From Callorhinchus milii (Eukaryota), in NCBI RefSeq assembly GCF_018977255.1, contig NW_024704766.1:7564001-7628000 (forward strand): DNA of 64,000 nucleotides. Reading direction: 5' to 3'. A program made the translations under genes and the position numbers. Within the stretch, counting starts at the first letter, position 1. The number at the start of each line of letters is the position of its first letter. The notes under the pieces are model-generated. The model had not been told where the DNA came from. It made no database searches and saw only the letters and a list, made by a program, of their open reading frames with translations. Shown piece by piece: positions 1-13,300 of this stretch.

Positions 1-720
1 AGGGTGGAGGCAGAAAGATAGAGTTGGGTGTCATCCCATACATGTGGAAGTTGACCCCATGTCTGCGGATGATGTCACCGAGGGGGACCATGTAGATATT
101 AAAGAGGAGACAAGGACAGAGCCCTGGGGGACGCCAGACGTGACAGTGCGGGGGCTGGAGGAGAAACCGTTAGAGGCAACAAAGTGGAGACGGTGAGAGA
201 GACAGGAATCGAGCCAGGCAAGGGCAGGTCCGCGAAGATTAAGTAAGGAGGAGAGGCGGTGTATGAGGATGGAGTGGTCGACAGTGTTGAAGGCGGCAGA
301 GAGGTCGAGGAGGACAAAGAGACAGAGGGAGTCCTGTCACAAATGTTCAGAATGTCATTAGTGACTTTGACCCCCAGGGCTGTTTCAGTGCTGTCGGCAG
401 AGCGGAAGCCGGATTGGAGGGGTTCAAAGAGAGAATGGCGAGAGAGAAAAGAGCAGAGCTGGGACGTTCCAGGACCTTGGAGAGAAATGGGAGGTTAGAG
501 ATGGGGGATAGCTGGAGAGGAGGGATGGGTCCAGGGAAGGTTTTTCAGGATGCGGGTGATGACGGCTGTTTTTAGGGGGGCGGGAACTGAACTGGTGGAC
601 AGGGAGAGGTTGATGACGTCGGACAGGAGAGGGTAAGAAGGTCGAGCTGGGAGATGAGGAGAGAGGTGGGGATGGGATCGAGGGAGCAGGTGGTGGGTTT
701 GAGTTTGCGAACGATGGTGG
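1..720 (-). mobile_element. L2-clade LINE fragment (decayed reverse transcriptase region)
   Basis: Minus strand is homologous to the L2 copies at 11450-12100 and 20770-21500, including the degenerate YADDTQLY-encoding region. Frameshifted. Confidence 0.75.
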
Positions 721-2279
721 TGAGGGAGGAGGGAGAGATAGGGTTCCTACTTACTGCTAGGTAAACAGCGTGTGGAGTAAGGAAACTTGTCTAACGTTTT
801 GGCCTGCCGGGAATCGAACCGCTGAGCTTCCCAACTCCACTAATCTAAGGATGGGCTGGTTGGGCATCAATTTTGTTGAGTTGCTCAGTAACTCATGGGA
901 GGGTAGCTATGCATTGGGAGGTATGACTAACACTGAAACTCTTGTTTAATTATAATTTAATCTGATGTTTAAATCAAAGCCCAAAACAATTGTGGTTCTA
1001 GCTGGACAAGCAGTGGGAAAGCTTACCATTCAATCAATGGCAAACTGGACGGTTTTAGCTGGTCAGACTCCAGCAGATTTCCCCAACGTATACTCTGGGC
1101 TCCCCCCCCCCCAAGCCTTGGCTCTTGCCAACCTAAGCTGTGTAACCTCACTGAGATTCCTTATGAGAATTAATTAATTGCAGCGTCCACCGCCAACCCC
1201 CCTCCACACACATACACAGACGCGCACACAGAGACACACACACAGACGCAAACAATAACACACACAACCCGCAGTCACTACCTGACTCAATAAACAGATA
1301 AAATAATAATTCAGTTATAACGTCACTATGTCTGAAGAACTTCGCAGGGAGTTGATGCACAGTGTAGTGACTGTGTGTTGGTTGACAAACATGGCAGTAA
1401 TTTTACACACAGACATGAAATGAGTGATGTATCTGGGGAGATTGTCGGGCAGGTCACCAGAGGGAGGCATCTCCTGTCTCTTTTCTGACATCCCCATAGG
1501 ATTGTTGATGTCTGTCTGAACAGGGCACAGTTTGAAGTCTTATCAAAGAACAGCAACCCCCAAAGCAGCACTCCACCCCCTTTCCCTTTCCCCTCCCCCA
1601 GTGCTACACTGGAGCATCAGCCTGCACTGTAAGATAGTGAGTTAAGTTTAGAAGCTGAGAATGGTACCAAAAATAGGCTTTAATTAGTGCAGGGTATGTG
1701 TGCGTCTCTCTCTCTCCCCACCTATTACGAGTGAGTGTGTGTGTGTCTTTCTCCCCCCTTATCTTCCTTAGTGTGTGTGGGGTGGGGGGGGGAGTGGCTG
1801 CCTCTCCCCCCAATATCTGAAGTTATATTGTCTTTGCAAACCCTACATTTACCCTGTGCTCCCGGCTGGAGAGAGAGAGAGAGAGAGAGAGAGATGTTTA
1901 AGGTTTCTGCCTTACCCCAGGCATTAAATGGCGCTGAGTTCGAGCCAGTGACACACACAACATTTACCCACCAGCAGATTAAGGAGATCTTTGATCTCTA
2001 TACAATCCACATAAACATATGTTTTATTTATGATTAACAATTTAAAGGAGAGTGTTTAAACGCATCATAAACACTGTAAATAACGGGTAGGTAGAGAGGC
2101 AATTGCAAAAGAAAATCCCATTTTAAATGTATTATTTAATCTGATAAATATATCAAACGTATTATTTGATATATACAAATAGAAATAAGATATATATATA
2201 TACGCACACAGCCAGGGAATGGGTAATTGGCTTCAGAGGGATGACATATTTTTAAGGCTTGTTTTGTGATGTATAAAGT

Positions 2280-3400
2280 GATTGATACACAGAGGCACAC
2301 ACATGTAGAGACACACACAGACATAGAGAGACACACACACACATATATACATACATACAAACACACACACACACACACATACACAAACATGTAGAGAGCT
2401 AATTTGCAGTGATGAGGACCCAAATTAAGTGGGTTAAGGCTGCAGCTTGTCAGATGCTGCTGTGCTGAAGAGAGGAGAGGGAAGGAGATAGAGGGAGAGA
2501 TGGAGAAGGTAAGGCTGGCCGGTTGACTTACCCCAGGCGCTGGACAGCAGGACAAGGAGAAAGCCTCGGGTCCAAACCCTCAGGGGTGATGGAGAAGGTG
2601 GGAAAGCAACTCTCATCCTCTCCTCCCGGCGGCTACACACAGAGTAGAGCAGAGACAGACTGGGCTGGGGCTGGGACGTGCCTTGTGCAANNNNNNNNNN
2701 NNNNNNNNNNNNNNNNNNNNNNNNNNNNNNNNNNNNNNNNNNNNNNNNNNNNNNNNNNNNNNNNNNNNNNNNNNNNNNNNNNNNNNNNNNNNNNNNNNNN
2801 NNNNNNNNNNNNNNNNNNNNNNNNNNNNNNNNNNNNNNNNNNNNNNNNNNNTATATGTGTGTGTAGATGTCTGTGTTTGTGTGTGTGTATGTGTATATGT
2901 CTGTGTGTGTATATATGTATGTTATNNNNNNNNNNNNNNNNNNNNNNNNNNNNNNNNNNNNNNNNNNNNNNNNNNNNNNNNNNNNNNNNNNNNNNNNNNN
3001 NNNNNNNNNNNNNNNNNNNNNNNNNNNNNNNNNNNNNNNNNNNNNNNNNNNNNNNNNNNNNNNNNNNNNNNNNNNNNNNNNNNNNNNNNNNNNNNNNNNN
3101 NNNNNNNNNNNNNNNNNNNNNNNNNNNNNNNNNNNNNNNNNNNNNNNNNNNNNNNNNNNNNNNNNNNNNNNNNNNNNNNNNNNNNNNNNNNNNCGGCACA
3201 AACTCGATGGGCCGAATGGCCTCTTTTTGTGCTGTACAATTCTATATGTCTGTGTATGTTATTTGTCTGTGTGTGTATAAATGTGTGTATATGTCTGTGT
3301 ATGCGTGAGTGTGTATGTGTGTGTCTGTGTGTATATCTGTCTGTGTATGTGTATATGTCTGTGTGTGTATATGTCTGCGTGTGTGTATGTGTGTCCGTGT
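2280..3400. repeat. CA/TG-rich microsatellite tract interrupted by two assembly gaps (2691-2851, 2926-3193)
   Basis: Direct reading of (CA)n/(TG)n-like runs and N runs. Confidence 0.85.
2532..2632 (-). CDS. Candidate orphan exon: possible signal-peptide exon (MRVAFPPSPSPLRVWTRGFLLVLLSSAW-G) or an extra exon of the JAML-like gene
   Basis: Acceptor tctgtgtgtAG at 2633 and strong donor GGG|GTAAGT at 2531. ATG at 2616 gives 28 codons plus a phase-1 end, typical of Ig-family leader exons. Partly resembles the L2 tail, so uncertain. Confidence 0.3.
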
Positions 3401-3859
3401 GAGTGTATTCTTTAGCCTCCCATGGCCACCATGTCCCAGGGTATGCCCCTTAAATGCCTGCTCCCAGTCTCCATGTCCGTGTTTTGGCTGCTACCCTGAC
3501 CCAAGCCGCACCTCCCCTCCGAAAATGCTCCCTTTCTACTCCCCACCCTCCACTACTTCCAATTAGTCTTTCTATCCCACTGCCCTCCTCGCCTTCTCTC
3601 TCCTGGACCCCATCACTGCCTCCCCTGCTCTAGCTTGGGCATCCTCTGCCAGGTCCATTGTGGCTCTGGGCAATGGTTGTCCCAAAGCAGCCCCCTCCAA
3701 CTGCCCCATCACTGACTCTCCCGACACAGATCCCTCACCCACCTCCAAAAGGCAAACACCCCTCCCTTGTCCACGTGACATGTTTTCCTAACCCTTCCCA
3801 ACTCCCCCACCCTTCACGGTCAATTCTCCCCCAGAGCCTAAAACCCTCCCTTCCCTCCC

Positions 3860-4800
3860 TCCTCCACCAGCTCACATTTCTTTCCAAAATTTCTGCTCCC
3901 TCTCCAATAAAGCCCTCATGATCCATGGTCTCATCCTGAATGATAACATCGACACTCTTAGGCTCACTGAAACCTGTCTGACCCCTGGTGATCCTGTCTC
4001 CCTGATCGAAGCCTCTTCCCCCACCCCCGGCTACACCTTTCACCAGACCGTACCCCACCCCCCACATCCCCCGGCCAAACTGACACTGTGGTGGGGGTGG
4101 CCCTCATCTCCCAAACGTCCCTCACTCTATCCCCCTATTCCTCCAGTTCCTTCCTCTCTTTTGAACACGTAACCCTGTACCCTCCCTCCCTTTCCTTCAA
4201 AATCATCCTCATTTATCATCCTCCCAAACCATCTGGTTCCTTCATCCCTGACATCTCCTCCCTCCTTCTCCCTCCGCCTCTGCACTGACCACCTAATCAT
4301 AATGGGTGATTTCAACCTTCACCTAAACTCCCCTTCCCTCATCTCCTCCGACTTCACTGCCCTCCTCTCCTCGCTAAACCTCACCCTCCACATCAGCTCC
4401 CTGACCCACGACCGTGGCCACCCCCTCGACCTCATCATCACTTACGGCCTTGACATCTCTAGTCTGTCCACAGACAAGGTCATGTCTGACCATTTCCTCA
4501 TCTCTCTCTCCTCCTGCATTCCCCTCCCCTCTTCCAAACTCTCCACCATCTTTTTCCAGCTTTAGAAAAAGCTTCTAACCGAGTCCCTCTCTTCCTCGGA
4601 TCTCTTCTCCTTCTGGACTTCCATTCCCAGTGATCCTGATGGAGCCATCAAGCTGCTAACCGATTGTCTCTCTGTTACGCTCAACTCTCTTGCCCCCCTC
4701 CCCGAAATCCAGGTCTGTCTCCAAATCAACCCACTCCCCCTGGTATAACAGTCACCTCCGCTCCCTCAAAACTAAAGCCCAGATGGCACAAATCCAGCCT
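3860..4800 (+). mobile_element. L2-clade LINE fragment, APE endonuclease region
   Basis: Translations contain LTET, GDFNLH and THDRGHPLDLIIT motifs of non-LTR endonucleases, broken by frameshifts. Confidence 0.8.
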
Positions 4801-5254
4801 CACAATCCACCTTCAATTGCTGTGAGAAAGGGCACAGGGAAAGATGGTGGGGGAGGGGGGAGAGAGGGGAGGGGGGAGAGAGGGGAGGGGGGAGAGAGGN
4901 NNNNNNNNNNNNNNNNNNNNNNNNNNNNNNNNNNNNNNNNNNNNNNNNNNNNNNNNNNNNNNNNNNNNNNNNNNNNNNNNNNNNNNNNNNNNNNNNNNNN
5001 NNNNNNNNNNNNNNNNNNNNNNNNNNNNNNNNNNNNNNNNNNNNNNNNNNNGGAGGTGTTTATGAAGCAGTGAGTGTGCGAGAGGTGCCAGGATCAGTGT
5101 GACAAAGCAGTGGATTCCTGTTAGATAATCTATCACCACTTTAGACCCCAAGAACAAGTTGTATATGTCCAGCGCCACTCACACTGGGCAGCCACGGGAA
5201 CAGCCGGAGGTGGAGGAGGAAGGATCAGTGAGCAGTGAGGTCAGGTTAGCTTTG

Positions 5255-5860
5255 CCATCACACACTCACCACTTCTCCCTTCACACTCACACACTCTCGC
5301 ACACACACACACCACTTGCACACACCGCCCCACTCACACACTTACACTCGCACTCTCACAAAGTCACATGCATTCACATGCACTTTCACGTATGCTCACA
5401 CACGCACACTCACACACAACTCTCCACTCACACACACCCCTCTGCACATATATACACTCACACACCCCTCCCCACTCACACACACATACATACACCCTCA
5501 CACACACCCTGACACACACCCTCAAGCACACACCCTCACACACCATTGCCCCACACACCCTCATACATACCCTCACACACACCCCTCCCCACACACACAC
5601 ACATTCATACACCTTCACACACACACCCTCATTCAAACACACACATTCACACGCACCCATCCCCACACACCCTCATTTACACACTCTTACACATACAGAC
5701 AGCCACACACACTCACACCCCTCCCTCCTCCCACACACCCTCGCACACACACCCTCACAGCCACACACACTCACACACTGCTCCACACAGACATACATAC
5801 TATCATACATACACTTTCTCTCACACACACTCACTTACATACCACACACACACACATGTG
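5255..5860. repeat. CA-rich low-complexity tract
   Basis: Direct reading. It produces the His/Thr-rich ORFs in the track. Confidence 0.85.
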
Positions 5861-6359
5861 GGGGGGGGTTACAATCTCTCATTCACAAGGTGTTTGATCC
5901 CTGTATTTGTTCACCCTACTCCCCTCCAACCCCCATTCCCCCCTCACCTCCCCCCCCCCGGGTCCTGGTCAAAATCCCACAATTGTTCTCGATTCATTTT
6001 CTGCAGTTTATAAACAGATTTTCTTACAAAAGTTTTAAAAATTTCCTCCAGAAACTCGCTGTGACATGAGGCGTCTCAAACAGTATATAAAGCAATGTCA
6101 AAAACACAAGTTCATTCATTCTTTCCTTCTTTCCTTCACTCTTTCCTTTGCTCCTTCCTTCCTTCCTCTCGTTCCTGTGCCCAGTGAGGGCACGGAGGTG
6201 ACTGATTGGCTGAGATGCCGGACACATACTCTGTGTGTTAGCATCTCAACACGACATGGCCCCGAGTGTGATCACTGTTGTGGTTCCGCAGTCAATGTTC
6301 CTGTGGCTACCCGGGAACCTCCATCGGAGACGTCTCCTGTGTTAGTTATTGCCCCTGGA

Positions 6360-6495
6360 CATGGGTCTGGATGAGGGTGTGGATGAAGGTCTGGGTGTTG
6401 GTGAGGGTCTGGGTGTTGGTGAGGGTCTGGGTGTTGGTGAGGGTCTGGGTGTTGGTGAGGGTCTGGGTGTTGGTGAGGGTCTGGGTGTTGGTGTA
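6360..6495. repeat. 18-bp minisatellite (GAGGGTCTGGGTGTTGGT)n
   Basis: About 7 tandem units read directly. Confidence 0.9.
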
Positions 6496-6619
6496 GAGTC
6501 AATGCCGGGCGTGGTCTTGGACACAAACCTTTCTGGAATCCCATCCACGCACGCTGGGGGAGGAAAAACATTTATTAATGACTTTGCCAACTCCCTGCTT
6601 GTCAGACTTCCCATCACTT

Positions 6620-6970
6620 CATGGTCTCACTCCTTCCTTCCTCTGTGACCCCAAATCAACCTGTCCGCTCCCTCTGCTCAGTGGGATCCAGCCTGTTCCA
6701 CGTCCCCTGCCCGGCCCACTCCACCATTGTAGGTTGGGCCTTCAGCCTCTCTGTGCCCATCCTCTGGAACTCCATCCCACATTCCCTCCACCTTGTTCCC
6801 TCCCTTGCCTCCTTCAAGGCCCTTCTCAGGACCTTCCTCTTCGGCCTTAAGTCCTACCCCCACCCTCCCTGCCCTCCACCCCTCCTGATACCAACCCCCA
6901 GCTCGGGTCCAAATCCCTGACTGTCCAGCGCCTTGGGAAGTCCTCTCGACATGAAAGGCACTGTGTAAAT
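6620..6970 (+). mobile_element. L2 LINE 3' end fragment
   Basis: Encodes an AFSLSVPILWNSIP-like C-terminus of ORF2, followed by the L2 tail cagcgccttgggaagtcc...aaaggcac. Confidence 0.75.
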
Positions 6971-6989
6971 GTAACTTTGCATTGTATTT

Positions 6990-7337
6990 TATAATAATAA
7001 TCTTTGCATTTGATATAGCGCCTTATTACAACGTTCAAACGTCTCAAAGTGTTTCACAGGATATACTGTAAAGTGAGTGATTGTGTACTTTGTGGGTGAA
7101 ACCCGGCAGTCAATTGCACACAACAGCACCTCACGTGGATTGAGTGACCAATTTCTTATAATTTTTTGGGGGGAGGGATTATTACCCCTGGAAAGTGATC
7201 CACCAATTGACTAACAACCGGGTTCCTACTGACTGCTGGTAAACAGGCGCGTGGAGTAAGGAAACTTGCCCAACGTTTTGCCCTGCCCGGGAATCAAACC
7301 CAGGTCGAGTGCTCTAACCACTGAGCTACAGGACTCC
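6990..7337 (-). mobile_element. Full-length tRNA-derived SINE (dominant family in the window)
   Basis: Minus strand starts ggagtcctgtagctcagtggttagagc (box A) ... ggtttgattcccggg (box B) and ends ...gcgctatatcaaatgcaaagattattatt. More than 25 full or partial copies occur across the window. Confidence 0.85.
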
Positions 7338-7351
7338 AGGGAGTTTCTCAC

Positions 7352-10300
7352 CATCGTCATGTAGGTTTCATTGGAGGCTGCTTCCTTCTCCTGATCTCTT
7401 GTTCTCTCTGTGGGTTTCCCTGGCTCCGCTCCGAGGCCAGATCTCCGGTTCACAGTCACGTAGATGTCCGGCTCCTGTGGAAACGTATTTAGTTTAAGAA
7501 TAAAAACAGAAGTCGCTGATGAGATCCTGTCCTCCACCTCAATGTTTCCTTTGTTTTTCTTTCCCCGCCACCTTCTCTGCTTGTCCTTATAATCTGCTCC
7601 CTTCCAAAACCCCCCGGTTCTGACGAAAAGTCATCGTCCTGAAACGTTAACTCACTTTCCTCTCTCCATGGATGCTGCCTGACCTGTCGAGTATTCCCAG
7701 CCGCTTCTGTTTTTATTTCAGATTTCCAGCATCTGCAGTATTTTGCCTTTTCTTTAGTTTAAGAATGTTTCCTGACAGTAATTTGGATACTTAATCCACG
7801 ACTGTTTTGGGGACACTGCTGTGCGCAATTGGCTGCTGAGGTTCGCCTACAAATGTACAGTCACTACAATGTGATAAGGCGCGATATCAAATGCAAGGAT
7901 TATTATTATTATTAATCCTCCATTTGCTAATCTCAGTTCCATCCACCCAGACCCTGCTCTCTTTTCCTCTCCAACTCAACAATGACAACAACAAAATTAC
8001 ATATATAGAGCTCCTTTCACATCAGGAGGACATCCCAAGGCGTTGAACAGTCAGGGGCGGGGCCTGAGGGAAGGCAGAGAGGTGGGAGGGTGACCGAAGG
8101 CACGATTGAAGGGGAGGGTCTTGAGGCCTTGAAGGAGGCGAGGGAGGAAGTGAGGAAAGGGACCGTGGGATAGAGTTCCAGAGTGTGGGGGCAGAGAGGC
8201 TGAAAGCCCGGCCCCCGATAGTAGGGCGGGTCGGGCGGGAGACATGGAGCAGACCGGAGCCCACTGAACGGAGGGAGCGGGCAGGTTGGTAGGGAGGTCA
8301 GAGAGATAGGAGGGGGCGACGCCATGGATGGCCTTGAAAGTAAGGACGAGGATCGTGAACTCGATTCTCTGGGGGACTCGGGCGAGGGTGGGAGTGATGG
8401 GGTCGGGCGAGGGTGGGAGTGATGGGGTTATGGAGTCTGGTACATGAGAGTACATGAGCTGCAGAGCTTTGGATGATCTGCAGGTTGTGAAGGGAAGAGT
8501 TGGGAAGGCCGATGAGGAGGGAGTTTCTGTAATCGAGCCTCGATGTGACAAATGGTGAGGGTTTGGGGGCCTGAGGGGTGAGGCAGTGGCAGAGTGTGGC
8601 AATGTTGCGGAGGTGGTGGTAGGCAGTGCCGGTCATGGCGCGGATGTGGGAGAGAAAGGACAGTTCAGGGTCAAACAAGACACCCAGGTTCCTGACTGCC
8701 TTAGTGAGGGTGAGTGTGCAGCCGTGGAGGCTGTTGCTTCGGAGGTGTGGAGGTGCTGGCGTGATTGAGTGTTATCCGCATCCATGTGGAAATTTACCCC
8801 AAGTCTGTGGACGATGTCACCAAGGGGAACATGTAGAGGGTGAAGAGGAGGGGACCGAGGACAGAGCCCTGAGGAACACCGCACGAGACAGTGCGGGAGC
8901 TGGAGGAGAAGCCGTTTGCTGCGACTAAGTGGAGGCAGTGTGAAAGGTAGGACCTGAACCAGTCAAGGACAGAACCTTGAAGGTTCAGGTGAGAAGAGGC
9001 AGTTGAGGAGGATTGAATGGTCCACGGTGTCAAAGGTGGTGGAGAGATCGAGGAGGATGAGGAGGCAGAGGGAGCCCTGGTTGCACATGGTCAGGATGTA
9101 ACTTGTGACCTTGACCAGAGCAGTTTCTGTGCTGTTGGCAGGATGGAAATCCGATTGGAGGGGTTCTTGGAGGAGGAGAGGAAAGAGCGTAGCTGGGAGG
9201 TGAAGGCTTTCTCAAGGACCTTAAACAGAAAAGGGAGTTGGGAGATGGGTCAGTAGCTGGATAGCTGTGATGGGTCAAGGAAAGGTTTCTTCAAGGTGGG
9301 GGTGATAATGGCTGTTTTGAGGGGGGAAGGAACAGTGCCAGATGACAGGGAGAGGTTGGTGATGTCGGCGAGTAGTGGGGCAAGAAGGTGGAGCTGGAAT
9401 TTAAGGAGAGGGGTGGGGATGGGGTCCAGGGAGCAGGTGATGGGCTTCATATGGTGGTGAAGACAGAGGAGGGGTTGACAGGTTCAAAGATGTGAAACGC
9501 GGGATGGATAATTGTCGGAGTGTGGGCGTGGGGGGTAGGGGGGGGTGGAAGTTGGGGGGGAGGTGGCAGCTGAGCAGATTCCATCAATTTTGCAATCAAG
9601 GAAGTCCAGCATTTTCTCGCAGTGAGAGTCAGAGGAAAGAATCTGCGAGGCGTGCTGGGGAGGGCGGAGGAGCCAGTTGGTGGTGGAGAACAGGAGCCTG
9701 GGATTGCCTTTCCCCTCCAGGATTAACCTGGAGTAGAAGGACGATTTGGCTGAGGCGAGAGTGGAGCGGTAGTTCTTGATGAGGTCCAGCCAGATGTGGC
9801 GGTGGACCGTTCGGCCGGATTTGAGCCAAGTGCATTCGGCAGCCCACACCTGGCCCTTAAGCAAGCGGAGGTGGCTGGTGAACCAGGGTGAGGATCAGGA
9901 ATAGGAGGCACTTTGGGAGGTGAGGGGGGCAAGGGCATCAAGTGTGGTGGAGAGCGTGCTGTGGAGAAGAGTAAGTGCAGCGAGTGGGTTGTTGCGAGAG
10001 GTGGGCCAGAGGGGGAGGAGATCAAAAGACTCCAGGGCAGCGGAGAGGGACTGTGGGGAGATCTTCTTCCATGGTTAGCAGAAGATGGTTGTAGGTTTGG
10101 AGACAGTGGGGAGACGGATATAGGAGTTGAGGGAGATGAAATGGTGGTCAGAGATAGCCTTGTCAGTGATGGTGACATCCGAGACGCTGAGGCCCTGGGT
10201 GATCACCAGGTCAAGTAGGTAGCAGTGAACGTGGGTAGCAGAGTCGATGTAGAGGAAGAGGTTGAGAGAGGAGAGGAGAGGAGAGAGGAGATCTGAGGAG

Positions 10301-13300
10301 GGAGAGTAGGAAGGGATGAAGTGGAGGTTGAAGTTACCTTGGATGATGAGGGGGTTGGAGCAGATACAGAGGGAAGCAAAGAGGGTGGAGATGTCAGAGA
10401 TGAAGGTGGGGGAGGATTTTGGGGGGCGGTAAATTAGGAGGATTTTTGGAGAGAGATGGGAGGGATGACAGAGGGTAAACAACAACAACAAGATTCCATT
10501 TATAGAGTGCCTTTCACGTCGGGAGGACGTCCCAAGGCGCTGTACAGTTGGGTCAGGACCCGAGCAGGGGGGAAATGGTCAGGGTGAGGGGAGGGAAGGG
10601 AGGGGGCGAGGAGAGGGTAGAGAATCAAGAGGGGAGCTGAAGGCACAGTCAAAGAGAAAGGTCTTGAGACCGGCCTTGAAGGAGGAAAGGGAGGAAGCGG
10701 CGAAGGCACTGGGGATGGAGTTCCAGAGCCTCGGGGCTGAGAGGCTGAAGGCCACCGATGGTAGGGCGGTTGGGGCGGGGGATGTGGAGCAGACCGGAGC
10801 CAGAGGAACGGAGGGTACGGGCAGGTAAGTAGGGGGATAGTAGGTCGGAGAGGTAGGAGGGAGCGAGGCCGTGAATGGCCTTGTAGGTGAGGATGAGGAT
10901 CTTGAATTCGATCCTCTGGGGGATGGGAAGCCAGTGGAGGCGAGCGAGGGCGAGGGCGAGGGTGAGGGCGAGGCTGAAGGTGAGGGCGAGGGTGAGGGTG
11001 AGGGCGAGGGTGGCAGTGATGTGGACGCGGTGTCTGGTGCGGGACAGTACACGAGCTGCAGAGTTCTGAATGACCTGCAGTGTGGAGGGAGGGCCGGGAA
11101 GGCCGACGAGGAGAGAGTTCCCATAGTCCAGCCTTGAGGTGATAAAGGTGTGGACCAGAGTTTCAGCCGCGTGAGGGGTGAGGTAGTGCCGTAGTCTGGC
11201 AATGTTTTAGAGGTGATGGAAGGCGGTGCCAGTTGTGGTGCGGATATGAGGAAGAAAGGACAGCTCAGGGTCGAACAGAACCCCGAGGTTCCTGATGGCT
11301 TTGAGAGGTGGAGAGTGCGGCCTTGGATGCTGATGCTGTCAGCGCCTGAAGTGCGGAGGCGCTGACGTGAGCCAATCAGGAGGGCCTCAGTTTTACGCAC
11401 GTTGAGCTGAAGAAAGTTGTCTCTCGTCCAGGACTCGATGTCGGACAGACAGCTGTCAGGACATCGGGGGTCGTGGAGTTGAGGGTAGAGGAGGAAAGGT
11501 AGAGTTGGGTGTCATCCGCATACATGTGGGAGTTAACCCCATGTCTGCGGATGATGTCACCACAGGGGGAGCATATAGAGGGTGAAGAGGAGGGGACCGA
11601 GGACAGAGCCCTGAGGGACACCACACGAGACAGTGCGGGGGGGGAGGAAAAGCCATTCGTGGAAATAAAAAATGAAGACGGTGGGAGAGGTACGACTTAA
11701 ACCACTCAAGGACAGGGCCTTGAAGGTTGAGGTGGGAGGACAAGCGGTGGAGGAGGTCGACCGTATCGAATGCTGCCGATAGGTCGAGGAGGACGAGGAG
11801 GCAGAGGGAGCCCTGGTCGCAGATGGTCAGGATGTCATTGGTGACCTTGACCAGGGCAGTTTCTGTGCTATGGGCAGCACCGAAACCCGACTGAACGGGT
11901 TTGAATAATGAATGGGTGGAGAGGAAAGAGCGCAACTGGGAGGCGACCACTCTTTCAAGGTCCTTGGACAGGAAGGGGAGATGGGCTTGATAGCTTGATA
12001 GCTTGATAGCTGCAACGCATCAATGGAGGTTTTTTTCAAAGTGGGAGTGATGATGGCAGTTTTTAGAGGAATGGGAACAGAGCCACAGGAGAGGGACAGG
12101 TTGGTGATGTCGATAAAGTGTTCGAAAGAGGGGAACGAGCCAGTGGAGTAGGGGGACAGAGCAAGTAACGCCCTGGAGATGAGGGCTATTCCGCCACCAC
12201 AGCGGTTGGGGCGTAAGGCATGGTGGTAGTGGCCTCAGTGAGGGCGAAGGTATCACCTGGGGTGAGCCAGGTTTCAGTGAGGGCCATAATGTCAATGTTC
12301 TCATCAAGGATGAGTTCCTTGATGGCCAGGGTCTTGTTGCAGATGGAACTCTCTCCCAAAATTCCCGTGGATGGCTCTTATGCCAACAGACGCAAGTTAT
12401 TATAGGTAAAGGAGGCATCCATTCAGCCGGTTGAGCCTGGTCTGCCATTCTATGGCTGATCTGTATCTCAATTCCAAATACCTGCTTTTGCCTCATATCT
12501 CTTGATACTTTGACCGAAGCGCTTTGGGACGTCCTCCCGACGTGAAAAGCGCTATATCAAATGCAAGGATTATTATTATTATTATTATTATCTATCCACT
12601 TCAGTCTTGTTCTTAAGAACTTCCCCAGATTCATTTTATTACCTCAGAGTTTGTGGGTCGGGCAGCCTCGTTCCTCCTGTTAAACAGGTCCCACATCAGG
12701 GGAGAGAGAGAGAGAGATGGAGAAATGACAAGTTTACAATTAGTTGTAAAAAACAACTTCTACATAAGAATTAGTTGGTGAAAGAAAACTAAGGCCCATC
12801 CCATTCGCCTTCCACCATCCTGGCAGTCGCTTACCATGTCATGTGCCAAACTATATTGTCTCAGATATAATAATAATCCTTGCATTTGATATAGCGCCTT
12901 ATCTCATCGTTGAGACGTCTCAAAGCGCTTCACAGAATATACTGTAAAATGAATTGACTGTATATTTTGTGGGTGAAACGCGGCAGCCAATGGTGCACAG
13001 CAGCGTCCCACAAACAGTCGTAGATTGAGTACCAAATTATTATTTTATTTAAATTTATTTTGAAATCCCCAGAAAACTGATCTGACAATTCACTAACAAC
13101 CAGTTTCCTCGTATTAGGTAAACAGAGGCGTGTGGAGTAAGGAAATTTGCCCAACATTTTTCCCTGCCCAGGAATCAAACCCAAGTCCTCTCGTATGCGA
13201 GGCGAGTGCTCTAACCACTGAGCTATAAGACTCCACATATATTCTCGAAATCTATTACCTTTGTCTCCTCAGCGCCCACACTGCCAGGAGAGCCAGAGTC

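Noticed and set aside
1320-1700. Fragments resembling Ig V motifs (GDASL, FWYHS) on the minus strand
   Set aside because: In-frame stops follow closely and no consistent exon pair could be built.
6310-6345. Possible terminal exon of the JAML-like gene (ETSPMEVPG-stop)
   Set aside because: Acceptor is plausible but there is no sequence similarity or polyA evidence to prefer it over alternatives.
7975-12330. Active autonomous LINE
   Set aside because: All L2 and CR1 copies are truncated or carry multiple frameshifts and stops; no intact ORF2.
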